DNA from: Octopus vulgaris
Taxonomy: Eukaryota
Length of the DNA stretch: 64,000 bases
Direction: 5' to 3'
Assembly (NCBI GenBank): GCA_951406725.2
Contig: OX597830.1
Location: 76,942,001-77,006,000, forward strand
Each line of letters opens with the position of its first letter. Position 1 is the stretch's first letter. Positions 53,301-64,000 of this stretch are shown here, piece by piece. Position numbers and translations under genes: made by a program. The notes under the pieces were generated by a model. It saw nothing but the letters and a program-made list of their open reading frames with translations, was not told where the DNA came from and ran no database searches.

Positions 53301-56300
53301 TTGGACATATGTCAGCTGGTTGGTTGGTTGAATGGTTGGCTGGTTTGTCGGTTGGTCGTCGGTCGGCTGTTTGGCTGGTTTGTCGGTTGGTTGACTGGTT
53401 GGTTGGTGGGTCGGTTGGTCGACTGGTTGACTGGTTTGTCGGTTGGTCGTCGGCCGGCTGGTTGGCTGGTTTGTCGGTTGGTTGACTGGTTGGTTGGTGG
53501 GTCGGTTGGTTGACTGGTTGGCTGGTTTGTCGGTTGGTCGTCGGTCGGCTGGTTGGCTGGTTTGTCGGTTGGTTTACTGGTTGGTTGGTGGGTCGGTTGG
53601 TTGACTGGTTGGCTGGTTTGTCGGTTGGTTGTCGGCCGGCTGGTTGGCGGGTTTGTCGGTTGGTTTACTGGTTGGTGGGTGGGTTGTCGGTTGGTTGACT
53701 GGTTGGCTGGTTTGTCGGTTGGACATATGTCAGCTGGTTGGTTGGTTTGTCGGTTGGTTGACTGGTTGGCTGGTTTGTCGGTTGGTCGTCGGTCGGCTGG
53801 TTGGCTGGTTTGTCGGTTGGTTTACTGGTTGGTTGGTTTGTCGGTTGGTTGACTGGTTGGCTGGTTTGTCGGTTGGACATATGTCAGCTGGTTGGTTGGT
53901 TTGTCGGTTGGTTGACTGGTTGGCTGGTTTGTCGGTTGGTTGTCACCTGGTTGGCTGGTTTGTCGGTTGGATGACTGGTTGGCTGGTTTGTTGGTTGGTC
54001 GTCGGTCGGCTGGTTGGCTGTTTTCTCGGTTAGTTTACTGGTTGGTTGGTTGACTGTTTGGCTGGTTTGTCGGTTGGTCGTCGGGCGGCTGGTTGGCTGG
54101 TTTGTCGAGTGGTTTACTGGTTGGTTGGTGGGTCGGTTGGTTGACTGGTTGGCTGGTTTGTCGGTTGGTCGTCGGTCGGCTGGTTGGCTGGTTTGTCGGT
54201 TTGTTTACTGGTTGGTTGGTGGGTCGGTTGGTTGACTGGTTGGCTGGTTTGTCGGTTGAACATATGTCAGCTGGTTGGTTGGTTTGTCGGTTGGTTGACT
54301 GGTTGGCTGGTTTGTCGGTTGGTTTACTGGTTGGTTGGTGGGTCGGTTGGTTGACTGGTTGGCTGGTTTGTCGGTTGGTCGTCGGCCGGCTGGTTGGCTG
54401 GTTTGTCGGTTGGTTGACTGGTTGGCTGGTTTGTCGGTTGGTCGTCGGTCGGCTGGTTGGCTGGTTTGTCGGTTGGTTTACTGGTTGGTTGGTGGGTCGG
54501 ATGGTTGGTGGTCGGGTGGTTGACTGGTTGGTTGGTTTGTCGGTTGGACATATGTCAGCTGGTTGGTTGGGTTGTCGGTTGGTTGACTGGTTGGTTTGTT
54601 GGTCGGTTGGTTGACTGGTTGGCTGGTTTGTCGGTTGGACATATGTCAGCTGGTTGGTTGGTTTGTCGGTTGGTTGACTGGTCGGCTGGTTTGTCGGTTG
54701 GTCGTCGATCAGCTGGCTGGCCGGTTTGTCAGTTGGTTAACTGGTTGGTTGACTGGTTGGCTGGTTTGTCGGTTGGTCGTCTGTTGGCTGGTTGGCTGGT
54801 TTGTCGGGTGGTTTACTGGTTGGTTGGTGGGTCGGTTGGTTGACTGGTTGGCTGGTTTGTCGGTTGGTTGGTTTACTGGTTGGTTGGTGGGTCGGTTGGT
54901 TGACTGGTTGGCTGGTTTGTCGGCTGGTCGTCGGTCGGCTGGTCGGCTGGTTTGTCGGGTGGTTTACTTGTTGGTTGGTGTGTCGGTTGGTTGACTGGTT
55001 GGCTGGTTTGTCGGTTGGACATATGTCAGCTGGTTGGTTGGTCTGTCGGTTGGTTGACTGGTTGGCTGGTTTGTCGGTTGGACATATGTCAGCTGGTTGG
55101 TTGGTTTGTCGGGTGGTTTACTGGTTGGTTGGTGGGTCAGTTTGTTGACTGGTTGGCTGGTTTGTCGGTTGGTTGACTGGTTGGCTGGTTTGTCGGTTGG
55201 ACATATGTCAGCTGGTTGGTTGGTTTGTCGGTTGGTTGACTGGTTGGCTGGTTTGTCGGTTGGACATATGTCAGCTGGTTGGTTGGTTTGTCGGTTGGTT
55301 TACTGGTTGGTTGGTGGGTCGGTTGGTTGACTGGTTGGCTGGTTTGTCGGTTGGTCGTCGGTCGGCTGGTTGGCTGGTTTGTCAGTTGGTTTACTGGTTG
55401 GTTGACTGGTTGGCTGGTTTGTCGGTTGGTTTACTGGTTGGTTGGCTGGTTTGTCGGTTGGTTGACTGGTTGGTTGGTGGGTTGGTTGGTTGACTGGTTG
55501 GCTGGTTTGTCGGTTGGTCGTCGGTCGGCTGGTTGGCTGGTTTGTCGGTTGGTCGTCGGTCGGCTGGTTGGCTGGTTTGTCGGTTGGTTTACTGGTTGGT
55601 TGGTGGGTCGGTTGGTTGACTGGTTGGTTGGTTTGTCGGTTTGACATATGGACATATGTCAGCTGGTTGGTTGGTTTGTCGGTTGGTTGACTGGTTGGCT
55701 GGTTTGTCGGTTGGTCGTCGGTCGGCTGGTTGGCTGGTTTGTCGGTTGGTTTACTGGTTGGTTGGTGGTTTGTCGGTTGGTTGACTGGTTGGCTGGTTTG
55801 TCGGTTGGGTCGGCTGGTTGGTTGGTTTGTCGGTTGGTTGGCTGGCTGGTTGGTTGGTTTGTCGGTTGGTTGACTGGTTGGCTGGTTTGTCGGTTGGTTG
55901 TCTGGTTGGTTGGTTTGTCGGTTGGTTGACTGGCTGGTTGGCTGGTTTGTCGGTTGGTTGACTGGTTGGTTGGTTGGGGTCGGTTGGTCGTCGGTCGGCT
56001 GGTTGGCTGGTTTGTCGGTTGGTTTACTGGTTGGCTGGTTGGTGGTTTGTCGGTTGGCTGGTTTGCTGGTTGGTTGGTTGGTCGGTTGGTTGGCTGGTTG
56101 GCTGGTTTGTCGGTTGGTCGTCGGTCGGCTGGTTGGCTGGTTTGTCGGTTGGTTGACTGGTTGGCTGGTTTGTCGGTTGGTCGTCGGTCGGCTGGTTGGC
56201 TGGTTTGTCGGTTGGTTGTACTGGTTGGTTGGTGGGTCGGTTGGTTGACTGGTTGGTTGGTTTGTCGGTTGGTTTACTGGTGCTGGTTGGTTGGGTTGTC

Positions 56301-58926
56301 GGTTGGTTGACTGGTTGGCTGGTTTGTCGGTTGTTCGTCGGCCGGCTGGTTGGTTGGTTTGTCGGTTGGTTTACTGGTTGGTTGGTGGGTCGGTTGGTTG
56401 GTTGGGTCGGTTGGTTGACTGGTCGGTTGGTTGGTCGGTTGGCTGGTTGGTGTCGGTTGGTTGACTGGTTGGTTGGTTTGTCGGTTGGTTTGACTGGTTG
56501 GCTGGTTTGTCGGTTGGTTTGTCTGGTTGGTTGGTCTTTCGGTTGGTTGACTGGTTGGCTGGTTTGTCGGTTGGTCGTCGGTCGGCCGGTTGGCTGGTTC
56601 GTCGGTTGGTTTTCTTGTTGGTTGGTGGGATGGTTTGTTGACTGGTTGGCTGGTTTGTCGGTTGGTCATATGTCGTCTGGTTGGCTGGTTCGTCGGTTGG
56701 TTTACTGGTTAGTTGGTTGGTCGGTTGGTTGACTGGTTGGCTGGTTTGTCGGTTGGACATATGTAAGCTGGTTGGTTGGTTTGTCGGTTGGTTGACTGGT
56801 TGGCTGTTTTGTCGGTTGGTCGTCGGTTGGCTGGTCGGCTGGTTTGTCGGTTAGTTTACTGGTTGTTTGGTGGGTCGCTTGGTTGTCTGGTTGGCTGGTC
56901 TGTCGGTTGGTCGTCGGTCGGCTGGCTGGCTGGTTTGTCGGGTGGTTTACTTGGTTGGTGGGTCGGTTGGTTGACTGGTTGGCTGGTTTGTCGGTTGGAC
57001 ATATGTCAGCTGGTTGGTTGGTTTGTCGGTTGGTTGACTGGTTGGCTGGTTTGTCGGTTGGACATATGTCAGCTGGTTGGTTGGTTTGTCTGATGGTTTA
57101 CTGGTTGGTTGGTGGGTCGGTTGGTTGGTGGGTCGGGTGGTTGACTGGTTGGTTGGTTTGTCGGTTGGACATATGTCAGCTGGTTGGTTGGGTTGTCGGT
57201 TGGTTGACTGGTTGGTTTGTTGGTCGGTTGGTTGACTGTTTGGCTGGTTTGTCGGTTGGACATATGTCAGCTGGTTGGTTGGTCTGTCGGTTGGTTGACT
57301 GGTTGGCTGGTTTGTCGGTTGGACATATGTCAGCTGGTTGGTTGGTTTGTCGGTTGGTTTACTGGTTGGTTGGTGGGTCGGTTGGTTGGTGGGTCGGGTG
57401 GTTGACTGGTTGGTTGGTTTGTCGGTTGGACATATGTCAGCTGGTTGGTTGGGTTGTCGGTTGGTTGACTGGTTGGTTTGTTGGTCGGTTGGTTGACTGT
57501 TTGGCTGGTTTGTCGGTTGGACATATGTCAGCTGGTTGGTTGGTTTGTCGGTTGGTTGACTGGTCGGCTGGTTTGTCGGTTGGTCGTCGATCAGCTGGCT
57601 GGCTGGTTTGTCAGTTGGTTTACTGGTTGGTTGACTGGTTGGCTGGTTTGTCGGTTGGTCGTCGGTCGGCTGGTTGGCTGGTTTGTCGGGTGGTTTACTG
57701 GTGGGTTGGTGGGTTGGTTGGTTGACTGGTTGGTTGGTTTGTCGGTTGGTTTACTGGTTGGTTGGTGGGTCAGTTTGTTGACAGGTTGGCTGGTTTGTCG
57801 GTTGGTCGTCGGTCGGCTGGTTGGCTGGTTTGTCGGTTGGTTTACTGGTTGGTTGGTGGGTCGGTTGGTTGACTGGTTGGCTGGTTTGTCGGTTGGACAT
57901 ATGTAAGCTGGTTGGTTAGTTTGTCGGTTGGTTGACTGGTTGGCTGGTTTGTCGGTTGGTCGTCGGTCGGCTGGTTGGCTGTTTGTCGGTTGGTTTACTG
58001 GTTGGTTGATGGGTCGGTTGGTTGACTGGTTGGTTTGTTTGTCGGTTGGATATATGTCAGCTGGTTGGTTGGTTTGTCGGTTGGTTTACTGGCTGGTTGG
58101 TGGGTCGGTTGGTTGACTGGTTGGCTGGTTTGTCGGTTGGTCGTTGGTCGGCTGGTTGGCTGGTTTGTCGGTTGGTTGTCTTGTTAGTCGGTTTGTCGTC
58201 GGCCGACTGGTTGGCTGGTTTGTCGGTTGGTTTACTGGTTGGTTGGTGGGTCGGTTGGTTGACTGGTTGGCTGGTTTGTCGGTTGGTCGTCGGTCGGCTG
58301 GTTGGTTGGTTTGTCGTTTGGTGGGCTGGTTGGTTGGTTGGTCGGTGGGTCTGCTGGCTGGTTGGTTTGTCGGTTGGTCGTCGGTCGGCTTGTTTACTGG
58401 TTTGTCGGCTGTTTGACTGGTTGGTTTGTCGGTTGGTTGTCTGGTTGGTTGGTTTGACTGTGGGGGTGGCTGTTTGGCTGGTTGGCTGGTTTTTCGGTTT
58501 GTTTGCTGGTTGGCTGGTGCGTCGGTTGGTTGGCTGGTTTGTTGGTTGGTTGGTTGATTCGCCGGGTGGTCGGTGGATCGGCTGGTTGGTTGCTTAGTTG
58601 ATTGGTCGTGGTTCAGCTGGTCGGTTGGTTTTTCGGTTGGTTGGCTGGTGGTTTGGTTGGTCGGTTGGTCGTGGGTCGGCTTGTTAATTTGTCGGTTGGT
58701 TGGCTGGTGGTCTGATTGGTCGGTTATTCGGCTTGTTGGTTTGTTGGTCGGTTGGTCATATATCGGCTGGATTTTTGGTTGATGGTTAGTTGGTTGGCTG
58801 GTTTGTCCGTTGGTTGGCTGGTTGGCTTGTTGGTCAGTTGGTCAACTGGTTGGTTGGTCGGCGGGTCTGCTGGTTCGCTGGTTTGTCCGTCGGTTGGCTG
58901 GTTGGTCGGTTGGTCGGCTGGTTGGT
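50367..58926. repeat. GT-rich satellite built from GGTT tetramers; 28-bp main unit GGTTGGTTGACTGGTTGGCTGGTTTGTC with 35-bp variants
   Basis: Direct observation; degenerates toward the right end. Confidence 0.97.
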
Positions 58927-59046
58927 AGTTCCACATCACACTTCAAGTTGCAGTTGAAGCTGTAGTTTTAGTGGTATACGTGGTAAATATAACTGAGCAC
59001 TTATTGTGCATACATAATATCTGTTGTGAACGACTCCTTTTATATA

Positions 59047-59137
<91 letters not shown>

Positions 59138-59221
59138 ATATACACATATATATATACATATATTCATATATGTATACACATATTTATATATATATATAGA
59201 TATATTCACATATATACATAC

Positions 59222-59628
59222 TCTCTTTACTCTTTTACTTGTTTCAGTCATGTGAATGTGGCCATGCTGGAGCACCGCCTTCAGTCGATCAAATCGACCC
59301 CAGCATTTATATTTTGTAAGCCTAGTACTTTTGTTATCGGTGTCTTTTTGCCGAACCGCTAAGTTGCGAAGACGTAAACACACCAGCATCGGTAGTCATG
59401 CGATGTTGGGGGGACAAACACAGACACACAAACACGCACATACATATATATATATACATATATACGACGGGCTTCTTTCAGTTTCCGTCTACCATATCCA
59501 CTCACAAGGCTTTGGTTGGCCCGATGCTATAGTAGAAGACACTTGACCAAGGTGCCACGCAGTGGGACTGAACCCGGACCCATGTAGTTCGTAAGCAAGC
59601 TACTTGCCACACAGCCACTCCTACGCCT
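59222..59628 (-). mobile_element. Microsatellite-containing tRNA SINE
   Basis: Reverse complement of the 6097-6545 family. Confidence 0.85.
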
Positions 59629-59689
59629 ATATATATATATGTTTGTGTGTGTGTGTATGCGTATGTGTGTGTGTGTGTGTCATTGTCCA

Positions 59690-59950
59690 GTTTTTTTAAG
59701 ATTTCTTCTCAATCGAGAAAGAACCGGTTTCTAACCTAGATCCAAGTTTCCTTCATTGGAATTTCAATATCAACAACAGGGCATTTTGTTTGTATGTATC
59801 TATGTATGTATGTGCATATTTGTATGATTTATGAATGTATTCTCCTGTATATAGTTGCATATCTAGATGTGTTCATATATATTTAAATGATAAACTTCTG
59901 GAAAGTTTTACAGATTTTTAAGGTTCCAGTGATAGTTTGAATCTGCAGTT
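59690..59950 (-). mobile_element. RLE-type LINE 3' end (family of 7735-8315)
   Basis: Reverse-complement similarity to 7965-8310. Confidence 0.7.
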
Positions 59951-60866
59951 AAAACTCACTATTTCACTACCAGTTAAGTAGTGGGTTTTAACTGCTATAT
60001 CTAAATTTCTGTATGTGGTGAAGCAAATTTTTGCTGAACCTTAATTATAATTATACTCATAATTATAAAATTTTTGTTTAACTTTACCGATTATGGTTCT
60101 TTTAACATACCAAACTACTTGGTAAAATTATTAATTATTAATCAATTAATTAATTTTACACTTTATTATTATTGATAATATAATTATCTTTCTGATAGTA
60201 AACTACAGTTTTTTTTCTGTAGAATTTTACTCATTGGCACACGTGGGTACCCTAATTATAATTATACTCATAATTATAAAAATTTTGTTTAAGTTTACCG
60301 ATTATGGTTCTTTTACCATACCGAACTACTTGGTAAAATTATTAATTATTAATTAATTAATAAATTTTACCCTTTATTATTATTGATAATATAATTCTCT
60401 TTCTGATAGTAAATTACAGTTTTTTTTGTCTGTAGAATTTTACTCTTTGGCACACGTGGTTGAGTGAGGAGGAATACGAGATCTCATACGTCTGTTTAAA
60501 TTCGAAACTACTGGTCATTTGATATATATTGTCTGATGACGCCTGGTCAGATAAGTTTGCTTAATTTTTGCAGTGCTCTCAAATCTTGAATTACTGTACT
60601 GAAGAGGAGAATGATAAAGTGGAAATGTGATTTTACATTTTTCACATCTATCTAACTCCGAAACGCGTATGCAGTTAATCAAAGCCGGGTGGATTCGTTA
60701 TTTTTTTCTCTTTACCTGCGTGGGTTGATGAGTATTGCTGTCTGGTAGATTTTTTTATGGTAGTGAAATAGTTAGTTTTAACTGCTATTTCTAAATTTTG
60801 GTATGTGGTGAAGCAAATTTTTGCTGAACCCTAATTATAATTATACTCATAATTATAAAATTTTGT
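59945..60866 (+). mobile_element. Non-coding HHR-containing partial tandem repeat (~580-nt monomer); retrozyme/PLE pseudo-LTR-like
   Basis: TAATTATAATTATACTCATAATTATAAAA at ~60042, 60253 and 60832. 59986-60075 repeats 60776-60865; 60042-60247 repeats 60253-60459; 59945-59972 is an inverted copy of 60758-60785. Confidence 0.7.
60593..60675 (+). ncRNA. Type I hammerhead ribozyme with palindromic stem III and long stem II extension
   Basis: ACTGTA-CTGAAGA-GGAG[46 nt]CTCC-GAAA-CGCG-TA-TGCAGT. Intact core, GUA triplet, ACGCGT palindrome. Confidence 0.85.
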
Positions 60867-60869
60867 ATA

Positions 60870-61270
60870 TGAGTGGCTGTGTGGTAAGTAGCTTGCTAAC
60901 CAACCACATGGTTCCGGGTTCAGTCCCACTGCGTGGCATCTTGGGCAAGTATCTTCTGCTATAGCCCCGGGCCGACCAATGCCTTGTGAGTGGATTTGGT
61001 AGAGGGAAACTGAAAGAAGCCTGTAGTATATATGTATATATATATGTGTGTGTGTTTGTGTGTCTGTGTTTGTCCCCCTAGCATTGCTTGACAACCGATG
61101 CTGGTGTGTTTACGTCCCCGTCACTTAGCGATTCGGCAAAAGAGACCGATAGAATAAGTACTGGGCTTACAAAGAATAAGTCCTGGGGTTAATTTGCTCG
61201 ACTAAAGGCGGTGCTCCAGCATGGCCGCAGTCAAATGACTGAAACAGGTAAAAGAGTAAAAGAGTAAAGA

Positions 61271-61275
<5 letters not shown>
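60870..61275 (+). mobile_element. Microsatellite-containing tRNA SINE
   Basis: Same family as 6097-6545. Confidence 0.85.
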
Positions 61276-61309
<34 letters not shown>

Positions 61310-61695
61310 CTGATTTTTCTTCATTTGTATTGCTTTTACGTCCTGTTCTTGTCACTTTTTTTTTTTACCCCTCTGCAAAAGAATTTTATTTAATTCGTTT
61401 TGCAGGAATGACTACTTCGGCCGGATCGTGTTCTGCCCTTACCTTCGAAACATGCATTGAGTCGAAACAGGGGCAGCAGATGAAGGGGAATATTCCTTGT
61501 ATTGTTTGTCTTGTACTCTGTTTTCTCGTTGTTAAATATGTCCGTTTCCTTGTTTGATTTTATGTTTTCGTTTCTCGTTGTGTTCTACGTTTATTTGTGG
61601 TGTCCTGTACTCATATATGCATGTATATATACATATAGATGTAGGTGTGTACATATATGTATGTATCTATGCAAATGTTTTATTTATTAAATTGT

Positions 61696-61769
<74 letters not shown>

Positions 61770-61874
61770 TTGAGCGTCCAATAATACTATATTTGTTCCA
61801 CGTTCTCGCGTTGTTGTGTTTTCTCTTTGTGTTTTCATGTTTGGATTAACTTTATATATGTATATATATGTATA

Positions 61875-62232
<358 letters not shown>

Positions 62233-62580
62233 TTTGTCATCTGAAGTGTTAAGATTGTAATGCTACCTGTTATAGATATGTGCTTGCAACGAAAAAGTGA
62301 TTAAGTTTCAAAATAAGTGGATGGCTAGTATGTGTGTACGTGTGTATCTGTGCACACACACACACACACACACACACATTTGTAGACGTTTGGTAGAACA
62401 AACCGTATAAGCAGGAATCAATAGATCAATAGATGATCAAATATGTTCTGTTTATTAAGTTTGTAAATTTTGCCGAAATATGCGCGTGTATATATGTTTA
62501 CGTATATACATATAAATGTCTGTATGTCCGTGTGTTTGTGTTAAGGTGCGTGTGTGTATCTGACTATCTTTCTCTCTCTC

Positions 62581-62636
<56 letters not shown>

Positions 62637-62818
62637 TGTGTGTGTTTATACATATACATACATATATACACAGAAAAGCACATATTTGTATATATATACA
62701 CACGGTTATACATACACACACACAAAAAACATACACAACGTACACACACATGTTCATGTACACACACACACAAAAGCATACACAACGTACACACACATGT
62801 TCATGTACACACACATAC

Positions 62819-62855
<37 letters not shown>

Positions 62856-63855
62856 CACTTACATACACACACAACCATACAAACACATACTCACCCGCAC
62901 GCACACGCACACACACACATACTCACCCCGTTAATACCCATGTTTAATGACTATAACATAACCTATACTTAACACTCTTGTCATTGTGATAAACAGATAG
63001 ATTACGGAATTTTAATGCCTCGTCGTATCATCTAGAATATTTTATTTCCCATTCTACGTACTCCACCGCCCAGCACCACGGAACACCACGCAACACCACA
63101 CTCCACCATCCCACAAAGCTCACACTTCTTTTAATCTGCTTACCAATTCTCTTTGTAATTCCTCTCTTCATTTTACATTCGTACAACTCATTGAACCGCG
63201 CCGAGCTGTTGAGTCAAAATCCTTTAATTTGTGAATGTAATAATGTACGCAATAGCTAATTAAGTTTACATTTTCTTTATTCATTTACTTGTTGAATTGT
63301 TTTATTTATTCTTTCTTATAATCAGTTATTTTATTTATTTGCTTATTCATCTATTAGTTTATGAGTTCTTTTAATTAGATTGTTTGTTATCTGAAGCGTT
63401 AAGTAAGACGAGAAATATAAATAAATAAACAAATAGAACTGAAGAGTTTGATGCGAAGTATACGATATATTCTTCACTGGTGTTATACTCTTAAGTTCTT
63501 TCTATGAGGATTCTTTAAAAATCTGTTTTCTGAAATAATGTTTGTCACGTCTGTGTTGCACAGAATTGTCTTGACTTGTACGAGAATATACGATGTGTAT
63601 GCGCGCGTATATGCACATATATAGAAGAGGAAGAGTTTGAATCACTGGTAGCCTAAATTAATAGGTATGCGTTGTGAGTGCTCCAATTAAAATCTACTAG
63701 GGTCCAAGTTGTGGCCACCGTCCAGTAGATATAATTTAAAGAAGAGGTAAACAAAATCAAGAAAGCAAAATCAAAATCATGCACTCACACACACACGCAC
63801 ATACAAGTGCAGGAGGTGGTCAAACTCTGCATAAGGAGTAGACAACCACCATATT

Positions 63856-63896
<41 letters not shown>

Positions 63897-63943
63897 ATAT
63901 ATGCATATATGTGTATATATATATGTATATGTATATCCAGATG

Positions 63944-63974
<31 letters not shown>

Positions 63975-64000
63975 ATATAGATATATATGTATATATATAT

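Noticed and set aside
50367-58926. Telomere array next to a telomere-associated PLE
   Set aside because: No TTAGGG/TTAGG repeats; ordinary sequence continues beyond the array; the PLE has an endonuclease and is separated from the array by a gap.
50040-58928. QPTN-rich and WLVG-rich ORFs
   Set aside because: Translations of the GGTT satellite; 28/35-bp units are not multiples of three.

Overview
AT-rich, gene-poor animal genomic DNA, most likely an octopus/coleoid cephalopod (inferred from the tRNA-derived SINE families and dense (TA)n/(CA)n/(GATA)n/(AAT)n microsatellites). I can support no host protein-coding exon; nearly all listed ORFs are microsatellite or satellite translations. The window is a mosaic of decayed transposons: SINEs, Tc1/mariner/maT elements, a hAT-type MITE, a Helitron-like element, RLE-type and Tx1-like LINE fragments, and a Gypsy integrase relic. 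It also holds two satellites (a 23-bp unit over ~3 kb and a GGTT-based ~28-bp unit over ~8.5 kb) and a young ~5.9-kb Penelope-like element (PLE; RT plus C-terminal GIY-YIG) with a 2.2-kb inverted duplication. The most interesting signals are: (1) a set of hammerhead-ribozyme (HHR) motifs, including a back-to-back pair of non-identical, opposite-polarity HHRs at ~31.2 kb, a 306-bp HHR palindrome at ~43 kb and a ~580-nt retrozyme-like unit at ~60.5 kb; (2) a long insertion between RT motifs A and B' in the PLE; (3) a satellite whose unit is a TCF/LEF site plus a helper-like GCCG motif. Boundaries of degraded repeats are approximate, and all RNA folds were done by eye.
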